Source: an uncultured Candidatus Rokubacteria bacterium
Lineage (GTDB): Bacteria > Methylomirabilota > Methylomirabilia > Rokubacteriales > CSP1-6
Assembly (NCBI GenBank): GCA_963789955.1
Contig: CAWBMV010000022.1
Span: 512,001-576,000, forward strand
Direction of reading: 5' to 3'
DNA: 64,000 bases
Position 1 is the stretch's first letter; every line of letters begins with the position of its first letter. The notes beneath the pieces were generated by a model. That model was not told the DNA's origin, did not search any database, and saw only the letters and a list, made by a program, of their open reading frames with translations. Shown here in pieces: positions 51,207 through 60,009 of the stretch. A program made the position numbers and the translations under genes.

Positions 51207-51947
51207 TTGACTCGTCAGATCTTGATCATCACGATCGCGTCGTTCGTCCTGGCGGAGATTTCCACCTTCGCGACCTCCATCTATCTGCACCGCGCGCTGG
51301 CGCACCGATCGCTGTCCCTGCAGCCGGTGACGGCCCTGCTGTTCCGCGCGGCGCTCTGGCTCCTGACCGGTCAGAGCCAGCAGCAGTGGGTGGCGGTCCA
51401 CCGTAAGCACCACACGTTCACCGACCGCGACGGCGACCCGCACAGTCCGCTGCTCCTGGGCTTCTGGAAGGTGCAGCTGTGGAACGCGTACTACTACATC
51501 CGCGAGGCCCGGCAGCCCAAGACCGTGGAGACCTTCGCGCCCGATCTGGCCCCCGACTGGTGGGAACGGCGCGTGTTCTCGTGGGGCTGGACCGGCCTCT
51601 TCCTCGGCACCGCGCTCGTCATGCTCGCCATCGGCTGGTGGCAGGGCATCCTGGCCATGATCGGCCACGGCATCATCTATATGTTCATCCTGGCGCCGCT
51701 GATCAACGGCCTCGGCCACTGGGCGGGCGGCCAGAACTTCCAGAACACGGCCTACAACTCGCGCGTGCTCGCGTGGCTGACCGGCGGCGAGAGCCTGCAC
51801 AACAACCACCACGCGTTTCCGCGCTCGCCGAAGTTCAGCTTGCGGCGCTCGGAGCTCGATCCCTCGTGGGTCGCGATCCGGCTGCTGGCTGCCTTGCGTC
51901 TGGTGGCGATCGTCGGGGCGCCGCTGCGGGCGCGGACGACGCGCTAG
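51207..51947 (+). CDS. Membrane fatty-acid desaturase (delta-9-like)
   Basis: His boxes HRALAH, HRKHH and HNNHH; DPHSP; NGLGH. Confidence 0.92.
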   Translation: MTRQILIITIASFVLAEISTFATSIYLHRALAHRSLSLQPVTALLFRAALWLLTGQSQQQWVAVHRKHHTFTDRDGDPHSPLLLGFWKVQLWNAYYYIREARQPKTVETFAPDLAPDWWERRVFSWGWTGLFLGTALVMLAIGWWQGILAMIGHGIIYMFILAPLINGLGHWAGGQNFQNTAYNSRVLAWLTGGESLHNNHHAFPRSPKFSLRRSELDPSWVAIRLLAALRLVAIVGAPLRARTTR

Positions 51948-51954
51948 GACGGCG

Positions 51955-53013
51955 ATGGCGCCTCCGCCGCTCGAGCTGAGTCTCGAGCTCTCGGCGCGCG
52001 AGCGCTTCGAGATGGTCGAGCTGCGCTCGCGCTTCTCGAGCGAGCACGCCGACTCGCTCGCGTCGTATCCGCGGTGCCTCTACTGGTCGGCCCACACGAC
52101 GGCCGGGTTCCTGGATCGCAGCCTGATCAGGGACCTGGACTCCGACCACATTTCCACCTACATCGAGACCTTGCGCCAGATCTTCCCGGAGGGCGCGGGG
52201 TACGCGCACGACCGGCTGGAGCGCCGCAAGGATCTCGACGCCGCCCAGCGCGCGGTCGAGCCGCGCAACGGCGACTCGCACCTGGCCTTCATCACCGGCG
52301 GGCTCCAGCCGTGCGTGACCCACCCGAACCGCGCCGGCGAGTCCGTGTGTTTCGTCGACCTCGACGGCGTCAACGACGGGCGGCCGCGCCGCCGCCAGAC
52401 GCGCGTGATCGGTTTCCATCGCGAGATGGTCGCCGGGCAGATGCGCCTGCGGGTGCCGCTCTCCGGGCATTCGATCGACTCGGTCAATCTCAAGAGCCCG
52501 GCGCTCGGTCTCTACGACCAGCTTGCCGAGTTCGTGGCGCGCTCCGATGTGGACAAGGGCCGGCTCCACATCGCGCTCGGCCGCGGCGAGCGAGATGCCG
52601 CGCTGACGATCAACGAGTTCGAGACGCTCCTGATGAAGAACGACCTGGCCGCCGTGCTGAAGAACCCGCTCCGGTTCATGGCGGAGGAGTACCGGCAGGC
52701 GCTGGCCAACCCCCGCGCGGTGCCCGGCAAGGCGCTCGGCTACGCGCAGTACGATCTGGTCCGCGTGCTCAACACCGGCCTCAAGACGCTCGGCCTGCAC
52801 GGCTCCGTGCTGGAGCGGGTGCTCGCCCGCACCCTGGCGGTGCCCGTGGCCCGAATGTTTCGCGTGAGGCGGTCGATCAGCGTGCTGGTGGCCGGTGATG
52901 GAAGCCGCTCCGGCCCCGTCGAGGGCGTTTATCAGAGCCCGATCCTGATCCAGTGGCAGCGCGCGCCTCGAGACCTGCGCGAGCTCGACGTCACGCTGTA
53001 TCGGCTCGAGTAG
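51955..53013 (+). CDS. Hypothetical protein with two YjbQ-like half-domains
   Basis: SAHTTAG...FP....Y.HD...NGDSHL in the N-half; AALTINE...DL in the C-half. Confidence 0.55.
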   Translation: MAPPPLELSLELSARERFEMVELRSRFSSEHADSLASYPRCLYWSAHTTAGFLDRSLIRDLDSDHISTYIETLRQIFPEGAGYAHDRLERRKDLDAAQRAVEPRNGDSHLAFITGGLQPCVTHPNRAGESVCFVDLDGVNDGRPRRRQTRVIGFHREMVAGQMRLRVPLSGHSIDSVNLKSPALGLYDQLAEFVARSDVDKGRLHIALGRGERDAALTINEFETLLMKNDLAAVLKNPLRFMAEEYRQALANPRAVPGKALGYAQYDLVRVLNTGLKTLGLHGSVLERVLARTLAVPVARMFRVRRSISVLVAGDGSRSGPVEGVYQSPILIQWQRAPRDLRELDVTLYRLE

Positions 53014-53025
53014 TCGGCCGCGCGC

Positions 53026-53634
53026 TCAGGCGCCGGTTCCAAAGCCTCCCGCGCTCCGCACCGTGGCCGCTTCGCCGAGGTGACCCGCCGAATGGAAGAG
53101 CGCGATGCCGCTCAGCATCGCCGAGCGCGGCCGCCCCGGGAACGCCTTCACGATCTGCTCGGTCCGTATGCCGAACGCGCCCTCACTGGCCGCGCGCTGG
53201 ACGGCGTCGGCCGCGACCGTGCCGTCCCAGTCCTGTGATTTGAAGCTGCCGACCACGTCGCGCGTGCGACGGCCCACCGCGTCGCGATACTCGCGAAGCG
53301 CGCCGAGCTCGATCTGTCGCGTGAGCTCCGTCACCTCGGCGCTGGTCATGCCGATGCCGAAGTCGCGCCGCGTGATGGCCAGGCGCTTGGCCCAGCTCTC
53401 GTCGTCGAACAGTTGCGTGCGCGCGCCCAGGATCGTGTTGACGAAGATGTCCTCGGCCCGCGAGATGTGAAACATGACCCACGCCAGCGAGTTCAGGTCC
53501 TCGCGCGGGCGCACGCGCATCTGCTCGTCGGTCAGGCCGGTGAAGGTGCGCTCCGACGCCGACATCTTGTTGCCGCCGACGGCGGCCGAGTGCATCGCGG
53601 CGTGCTGGTCCAGGAACAGGTCACGAACGTCCAT
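53026..53634 (-). CDS. DinB-family protein
   Basis: NSLAWVMFHISRAED...HSAGHLGE. Confidence 0.8.
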   Translation of the reverse strand: MDVRDLFLDQHAAMHSAAVGGNKMSASERTFTGLTDEQMRVRPREDLNSLAWVMFHISRAEDIFVNTILGARTQLFDDESWAKRLAITRRDFGIGMTSAEVTELTRQIELGALREYRDAVGRRTRDVVGSFKSQDWDGTVAADAVQRAASEGAFGIRTEQIVKAFPGRPRSAMLSGIALFHSAGHLGEAATVRSAGGFGTGA

Positions 53635-53650
53635 GGGTGTCCCCTGTCTT

Positions 53651-53710
53651 GCGCGCCGCAGGCGGTCGCGGGGCTGGGATCCCCGCCGGCCGAGGCGCGC
53701 CTATCAAATG
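53651..53710 (+). repeat. Diverged single copy of the ~64-bp palindromic repeat
   Basis: gcgcgccgcaggcggtcgcggggctgggatccccgccggccgaggcgcgcctatcaaatg. Confidence 0.85.
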
Positions 53711-53714
53711 AGAA

Positions 53715-54680
53715 TCAGGCCACGTCGCGCTGGCGCGCGGCATTGTAGTTGGCGTCGTACCACCAGTCGAGGTACGCCGCGTAGGTGATGGGCGCGTGAC
53801 GAGGCGGGTTGCCCGGGCCCTGGCAGGTGGGCAGACACGCGATCTCCGTGTCGAGGTGCGGCCCCATGAAGTAGGGGATCGCATAGCGCGGCCGGCCCAC
53901 CGGCGGCAGTGCGCGATGCGGCGTCGACTTGAACCGGTGGTTGGTCCACCGCTGCATCATGTCGCCGGAGTTGACCGCGAACGAGCCGGGCACGTACGGC
54001 ACGTCGAGCCACGTCGCGTCGGGCATCCGGACCTGGAGCCCGGGCACCTCGCTCTGGGCGAGGAACGTCATGAAGTTCGCGTCGGTGTGCGGCGCGATGC
54101 CGTACTGATTCGCCTCGGCGGCGACCGGCGGGTAGTGGGTCAGCCGGAAGCTGAACTGACTTTCGGCGAACGCGCCGTCGAACGCGTCAGCCGGCAGGTC
54201 GAGCGCCGTCGCGCAGAGCGGCAGGAGCTTGCGGCCAAGCGCGTCGACGGCGTCGGTGTACGCGAGCACCGCGTCGCGAAATCCCGGCAGATCCGCCGGC
54301 CATCGATTGGGGCCGGCGAAGCGCCGGCCCGCGCGTACCAGCGGATCGTCCGGGCCGCGCTCGCGCTTGACGAAGAACGCCTCGTTCAGGTCGGGCTTGT
54401 CGTTGGCGTTCACGTCCGAGGTCCACACCGCGTAGCGCCCGAGCATCATGTAGCCGTTGTTGTGCTCGTTCATGCGCAGCGCGAGCTTCGCGTCCATGGG
54501 CTGGGCGTGGAACCGCCGCGCCTCGGCGAACGTGTCGTCGATCAGGCCCTGCGGGATGCCGTGGCCCACCACGACGAAGAAGCCGACGTCCTCGAGCGCG
54601 CGGCCGAGCTCAGTGGCGGTGGCGGCGAACGCGCCCGGCCGTCCGGCCAGGTAGGGGGCCACGTCGATGACCGGGATCAT
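53715..54680 (-). CDS. Isopenicillin N synthase-family 2OG-Fe(II) oxygenase
   Basis: GFFVVVGHGI, LTHYPP, PHTD, STPHR, RYAIPYF. Confidence 0.9.
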   Translation of the reverse strand: MIPVIDVAPYLAGRPGAFAATATELGRALEDVGFFVVVGHGIPQGLIDDTFAEARRFHAQPMDAKLALRMNEHNNGYMMLGRYAVWTSDVNANDKPDLNEAFFVKRERGPDDPLVRAGRRFAGPNRWPADLPGFRDAVLAYTDAVDALGRKLLPLCATALDLPADAFDGAFAESQFSFRLTHYPPVAAEANQYGIAPHTDANFMTFLAQSEVPGLQVRMPDATWLDVPYVPGSFAVNSGDMMQRWTNHRFKSTPHRALPPVGRPRYAIPYFMGPHLDTEIACLPTCQGPGNPPRHAPITYAAYLDWWYDANYNAARQRDVA

Positions 54681-54770
54681 GACGATGAGATAGCACCCTC
54701 CGGCGCCTTTGACAACGAGCCGCGACGAGGATACGGTCCGAGGCGCGCGTCAGAATCAAGGAGGTGCCTC

Positions 54771-55892
54771 ATGGCCAACGGCAAGTTCAGGGTTCTCGAC
54801 AGCGACATCCACATCATCGAGCCCCCCGACTTGTGGCAGCGCTACATCGATCCGGCCTTCCGGGACCGCGCGCCGATCGGCCTCACCGAGGACCAGGGCG
54901 ATCTGCGGCTGGCCTACCAGGGCACGGGCTGGGGGCGGGTCGCGATCGACGCCGACCGCAGCCGTCGCCGGCAGGGAAAGAACTACGCCCTGAACGAGGA
55001 GCGCTGGCGGCCCTACGCCGAGCGCGGCTGGACGTCGAAGGTCCAGCTCGAGGCCATGGACATCGAGGGTATCGACGTCGCGGTGGTCTATCCGTCGCGC
55101 GGCCTGTTCGCCCTGACGATCCCCGACATGGACACGAAGCTCGCCGCGGCCATGGCGCGCGCCTACAACGACTGGCTCTACGAGTTCTGCCAGGAAAACC
55201 CCGAGCGGCTCCTCGGCGCCGGCATGATCTCGCCGTTCGACGTCAACGACGCCGTGGCGGAAGCGCGACGCTGCGTGCGCGAGTACGGCTTTCGCGCGAT
55301 GTTCCTGCGACCGAACGAGGTCAACAACCGGAACTGGCACGATCCGTACTACGAGCCGCTCTGGGCCGCGCTCGAGGAGCTCGAGGTGCCGCTCGGGTTT
55401 CACGAGGGCTCCGGCTCGGCGCTCCGCCAGGTCGGCGAGCAGTTCGGCGCCAACACGATGCTCAAGCACATCTATTCGCACCCGGTCGAGCAGATGCTCA
55501 CCGCCGGCGCCTTCTGCGCGGGCGGCATCCTCGAGCGCCATCCGCGCCTGCGCGTGGCGTTCCTCGAGGGCAACTGCAGCTGGGTCCCGTTCCTGCTCTG
55601 GCGCATGGACGAGCACTGGGAGTGGCTGGGCGACATCTACGCGCGCGAGCTGACGATGGCGCCGAGCGCGTACTTCAAGCGGCAGTGCTTCGTGTCGGTC
55701 GAGTGCGACGAGGAGCCGGTCAAGCACGTCATCGATGCGATCGGCGACGACCGGATCGTCTTCTCGACCGACTTTCCGCACGGCGACTCGAAGTTCCCGC
55801 GGGCGGTCGAGTCATTCCTGCGGCTGCCGATCTCCGACGAGAGCAAGCGCAAGATCCTATGGGACAACTGCGCCGCGTATTACGGGATGTAG
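54771..55892 (+). CDS. Amidohydrolase_2 family protein
   Basis: DSDIHIIEP, AYNDWL, FHEG, FSTDFPHGD; TTGACA-N17-TACGGT upstream. Confidence 0.9.
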   Translation: MANGKFRVLDSDIHIIEPPDLWQRYIDPAFRDRAPIGLTEDQGDLRLAYQGTGWGRVAIDADRSRRRQGKNYALNEERWRPYAERGWTSKVQLEAMDIEGIDVAVVYPSRGLFALTIPDMDTKLAAAMARAYNDWLYEFCQENPERLLGAGMISPFDVNDAVAEARRCVREYGFRAMFLRPNEVNNRNWHDPYYEPLWAALEELEVPLGFHEGSGSALRQVGEQFGANTMLKHIYSHPVEQMLTAGAFCAGGILERHPRLRVAFLEGNCSWVPFLLWRMDEHWEWLGDIYARELTMAPSAYFKRQCFVSVECDEEPVKHVIDAIGDDRIVFSTDFPHGDSKFPRAVESFLRLPISDESKRKILWDNCAAYYGM

Positions 55893-55901
55893 GAGGGTGC
55901 G

Positions 55902-57047
55902 ATGACCTCGTACAAGCTCATCTCGGCCGATTCGCACATCGTCGAGCCGCCGGATCTCTACACCAAGCGGATCGAAGGGAGGTTCCGCGACCGGGCCCCG
56001 CGCCTCGAGCGGCTGGAGACGCCGACCGGGCGCAAGTTCGACGCGTGGGTCATCGGCGGGCAACAGGTGGGCACGCTCGGCGCCGTGATGCAGGCCGGGC
56101 AACGGTTCGAAGATCCGTCGCAGATCGACTTCCTCGGCATGTGGGAGGACGTCAGGCTCGGCGCCTACGATCCCCAGGCGATGATCAAGGAGAACGAGAT
56201 GGACGGCGTGTGGGGCTCGTGCCTGCAGCCGAGCCAGGGCCTCTTCTGGTATCGCATTCCCGACACCGAGCTGCTCACCGCCATCTGCCGCGCCTACAAC
56301 GACTGGATCGCCGAGTTCTGCAAGCCGTTTCCCGACCGTCTCAAGGGCATCGCGATGCTCAACGTCGACGATGTCGAAGAGGCTTCGCAGGAGCTCGAGC
56401 GCTGCGCGAGGCTCGGGCTGGTCGGCGCGTTCATTCCGGTCTCGCCGCTGGCCGACAAGCCGTACCGTCACGCGATCTACGACCGGTTCTGGTGGACGGC
56501 CCAGGACGTCGGGATGCCGTTGCTCCTGCACATCGGCACACCGCGCGGCGGTATCCCCGGCTGCGAGTTCACGATGAACCTCGGCGAGCTCACCGGGGCG
56601 GGCCGCTCGACCACGGACTACTGGGTACGCTACTCGCTGGGGGCGATGATCTTCGCGGGCGTCTTCGATCGGTATCCGCGGCTGAAGGTCGGCTCGGTCG
56701 AGCACGAAGCCGCGTGGATCCCTCACTGGCTCAAGCAGATGGACTTCACGTATCGCGAGCGCCCGGTGTTCACCAAGGGCTGGCGGTCCAAGGAAGGCCT
56801 GATGCCGAGCGACTACTGGCGCCGTAACATGTTCGTGGAGTTCATGGAGGACGACCTCGGCGTCCAGATGCGCGACACGATCGGCGTCGACAACATGCTG
56901 TGGGGCAGCGACTTCCCGCACGCCGAGTCGACATGGCCGAAGTCGCGCGACTTCCTCACCCGCATCTTCGCCGGCGTGCCCGAGCACGATCTGAAGAAGA
57001 TCACCTCGGAGAACGCGGCCAAGCTGTTCGGCTTCAAGCTGAACTAG
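55902..57047 (+). CDS. Amidohydrolase_2 family protein
   Basis: SADSHIVEP, AYNDWI, LHIG, WGSDFPHAE. Confidence 0.9.
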   Translation: MTSYKLISADSHIVEPPDLYTKRIEGRFRDRAPRLERLETPTGRKFDAWVIGGQQVGTLGAVMQAGQRFEDPSQIDFLGMWEDVRLGAYDPQAMIKENEMDGVWGSCLQPSQGLFWYRIPDTELLTAICRAYNDWIAEFCKPFPDRLKGIAMLNVDDVEEASQELERCARLGLVGAFIPVSPLADKPYRHAIYDRFWWTAQDVGMPLLLHIGTPRGGIPGCEFTMNLGELTGAGRSTTDYWVRYSLGAMIFAGVFDRYPRLKVGSVEHEAAWIPHWLKQMDFTYRERPVFTKGWRSKEGLMPSDYWRRNMFVEFMEDDLGVQMRDTIGVDNMLWGSDFPHAESTWPKSRDFLTRIFAGVPEHDLKKITSENAAKLFGFKLN

Positions 57048-57070
57048 GCGTCGACTCGAGCTCGCCCGGC

Positions 57071-57382
57071 ATGCTCGACGGCTTCGTGCCCGTGACCGTG
57101 GTCGCCGAGCTGCCGCCGGGCGCGATGAAGTGGGTCGTGATCGATCGCGAGCGTGTGCTCGTCGCGAACGTCGACGGCTCCTTCTTCGCGCTGCGGGACA
57201 CCTGCGGCCACGCCGGCGCGCCGCTCTCCACCGGCGAGCTCGTCGGCTACGTGCTCGAGTGCCCGCTGCACTACGCCTGCTTCGACGTTCGCACCGGCAA
57301 GCTCCTGAGCGGGCCGGTCTCCGCCGACGTGCCCAGCTACCAGGTCCGGGTCGAAGGCGGTACTGTGTACGTCAAGAGGTAG
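57071..57382 (+). CDS. Rieske-type [2Fe-2S] ferredoxin
   Basis: CGH...CPLH Rieske ligands; FDVRTG. Confidence 0.88.
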   Translation: MLDGFVPVTVVAELPPGAMKWVVIDRERVLVANVDGSFFALRDTCGHAGAPLSTGELVGYVLECPLHYACFDVRTGKLLSGPVSADVPSYQVRVEGGTVYVKR

Positions 57383-57386
57383 CGCG

Positions 57387-58368
57387 ATGCGAAGACTCCT
57401 CGCGATCATTCCCGGCCTTGCTCGCGCTGGTCGGCGGCCTGAGCCTGGGCGCCGATGCCGCGGACGACGGGCTCGCCCGCGGACTCGCCGCCATTCGCAG
57501 CATGACCGGCTGCTACCTGGTGGACTACAGCTACGTCGAGGTGGAGAGCCTCAAGCCGGGCTACACGCGCGACCCGCGCGTCTACGACGTCAACCGGGAC
57601 AAATCGGCCAAGGAATGGATCACCGCCGACGTCGTCTCGCCCTCGCGTATTCGGCTGCAGCGGGTGCTGTTCCTCACCGATCTGGCCGGCACGGTGCGGG
57701 CCGGCACGGAGATCCGGCACCAGACGGAAGACTGGGAGTACGACGCGCCGTTTCTCTACGAGCTGGTCGCCCCGCGGACCTGGCGGGTGCGCGACCTGAA
57801 GCCGACCCCGGGCCTGTGGACCCGGCGCGTCACCAACCTCGACGACGGATTGCGTTACCAGTGCGCGGCGCGGTGGTCGGACGGCACGGCCTATCCGGAG
57901 TGGTCGTGCTCGAGCTACGCGCCGGTGCCCGGCCGCGAGACGCGCGACATGAAGCGCAGCGACTACGACACGCTCGAGCGCACCACGCGGATCATCGCCT
58001 ACGGGCAGAGCTTCCTCGAGCGCCAGGACAACGTGAAGACCATCCACCGTGACGGCGCCAAGGTGCCGCTCGCGCGCGAGGTCGGAAAGAACTGGTCCGT
58101 GCGGCTGCCGGACGCCGAGTGTGACGCGGCGCGCGTGTTCGCGGGGCCGCGTCAGGCGTTCTGGAGCGTGTCACGCGAGGTCTGGGACGGCGTGCTGAAT
58201 GGCGCCGGGCCGTTCGTCGAAAAGGCGCCGGCCGGGCAGCCGCCGCGCTTCGTGAAGATGTACGAGGTCGAGGAGGACTACGTCGGGCGCGATCTCTCCG
58301 ATCCGGCGCTCCAGCGGCAAGCCCGCGAGCGGATCCTGAAGGTCATCGAGGCGTACCGCGAGCCCTAG
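57387..58368 (+). CDS. Secreted hypothetical protein (DUF6607-like); frameshift at ~57410
   Basis: Signal peptide split by an indel; LQRVL, HQTEDWEY, WTRRV...DDGLRY, RQDNVK...REVG.N. Confidence 0.6.
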
Positions 58369-58976
58369 CCGGCCGCGAGGAGATTCTTGCTCTTCAGGGC
58401 CTGGATCACCGTCTCGACATAGCGGGAGATGTCCTTGCTGATGCTCTCGGGCAGGGTCTCGACCGTGCCGCTCCAGATCAGCTGGTTCTTCGCCGTGTCG
58501 TAGAGGCTGGTCTCGGAGATGAAGACGTCGTACGGGTAGACCGTCGCGGGCTCGTAGTAGCCGAGCCAGGCGGCGGTGTAGCCGCGATAGAAGCCGAAGC
58601 CCAGAAGCGGCGGGTAATAGTATCCGTAGTCGACGGAGTATTTCCGCTCGACCCTGACGAAACGGGTGATGAGCGTGGCATCGGCACCCGACCGTTCGAC
58701 GGCCTCGCGCAGTCGCGGCTCTTCGACCGGCCCGTCTTCCGTGATGAAGCCATAGCTCGGCACGGCGTCGACCCCCGTCGTTTTCAGCTTGGCGACGAAT
58801 TCGTCCTCGAAGGACCGGCGAATGCCGGGCTGCTTGCTGATCGCCATGACCAGAACCTTCTTGAGGCGAGCCGATGGGGCGTCGGGGTTGGTCCACTGAT
58901 GGACGACTCGCGTCGACGCGCAGCCTGCGGCCGCGAGGGCCAGGGCGAGGACAACGAGTCGCAACCGTCGGCGCAT
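58365..58976 (-). CDS. Lipoprotein (DUF4136-like)
   Basis: Lipobox AAGC; RRSFED.FV, ETSLYD....LIWSG. Confidence 0.75.
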   Translation of the reverse strand: MRRRLRLVVLALALAAAGCASTRVVHQWTNPDAPSARLKKVLVMAISKQPGIRRSFEDEFVAKLKTTGVDAVPSYGFITEDGPVEEPRLREAVERSGADATLITRFVRVERKYSVDYGYYYPPLLGFGFYRGYTAAWLGYYEPATVYPYDVFISETSLYDTAKNQLIWSGTVETLPESISKDISRYVETVIQALKSKNLLAAG

Positions 58977-59068
58977 GATCGATATTCCTCTCTCGAGTAT
59001 ACCGACCAGGGAACGGGACGGGCACCCCGATGGTTCCGGGTGCCCGTCCTCGTTCGACGCGAGGTGCG

Positions 59069-59923
59069 CTAGCGGATCTGCTTGTGCGTGAACTCGGCGA
59101 TCAGCTCGAGGGCGCGATTGGACGACGGCGAGCCGGCCTTGCGCATGATGAAGCCCTGGCCCTCGCCCTCGAACAGCTCGAGATCGACCACGCCGCCCGC
59201 CTTGCGGTAGGCCGCGACGAAGCGGTCGAGATGCGGCCGCGGATGCGCCAGATCGTCGGTGCCCTGCAAGTACAGGACGGGCGGCAGCTGCACCTTCTCA
59301 CCGCGCTCGAGCGCTCCGGCCGGCGCGCCTTCCGCCATCGCCTCTTCGGTCTTCCAGTACGCGTCGTGGCACGGCAGGAGCTCGTCGACCGCCACCGGGT
59401 ACGGCTTGCCCTTGGCCATGACGTCCTTCGCGTAGCGATACCGGCCGAGCGGATCGATGACGGGCGAGGTCATGATCACGCAGCGCACGGTGGCGTCGAG
59501 CGCCGGCGCCGTCGCCAGCGGCAGCGCGCTGTAGCGCGGATCGAACGGCCGCATCGCCAGCAGCATCGCCTGGTGACCGCCGCTCGAGTTGCCCATCGAG
59601 CCGACCATGTCGGGACGGCCGCCGAGCTCGACCGCGCGCGACTTGATCCAGCGAATCCCGTAGTGGATGTCCTGGAACGACGCGGGATAGGACGCCGTCG
59701 GCGGCTGCCGCCAGTCGAGCGTGGCCACGATCACGCCGGTCTTGGCCAGCGCCTCGTGGATCACCTTGTCGCCGTGGCGATCCGAGCGGCACCAGGCGCC
59801 GCCGTGCAGCTCCACCATGATGGGGAAGGGGCCCGTGCCCTGCGGCCGGTAGATGGTCGCCAGATACGGCGTGTTCCCGTGACGGAGATACTCGATGTCC
59901 TCGACCTTGACGTCGTAGCCCAT
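59069..59923 (-). CDS. Alpha/beta hydrolase (HSL-like esterase)
   Basis: HGGAW, GNSSGGH, QGTDD. Confidence 0.85.
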   Translation of the reverse strand: MGYDVKVEDIEYLRHGNTPYLATIYRPQGTGPFPIMVELHGGAWCRSDRHGDKVIHEALAKTGVIVATLDWRQPPTASYPASFQDIHYGIRWIKSRAVELGGRPDMVGSMGNSSGGHQAMLLAMRPFDPRYSALPLATAPALDATVRCVIMTSPVIDPLGRYRYAKDVMAKGKPYPVAVDELLPCHDAYWKTEEAMAEGAPAGALERGEKVQLPPVLYLQGTDDLAHPRPHLDRFVAAYRKAGGVVDLELFEGEGQGFIMRKAGSPSSNRALELIAEFTHKQIR

Positions 59924-60009
59924 GCTGGTCTCCTTGTCGGTGCGGAGGACCGTCCCGTGACCCGGGTCCGGAATCAAGAGTCCGCGTCCGGTAGAGTATC
60001 CTGCCCGGT

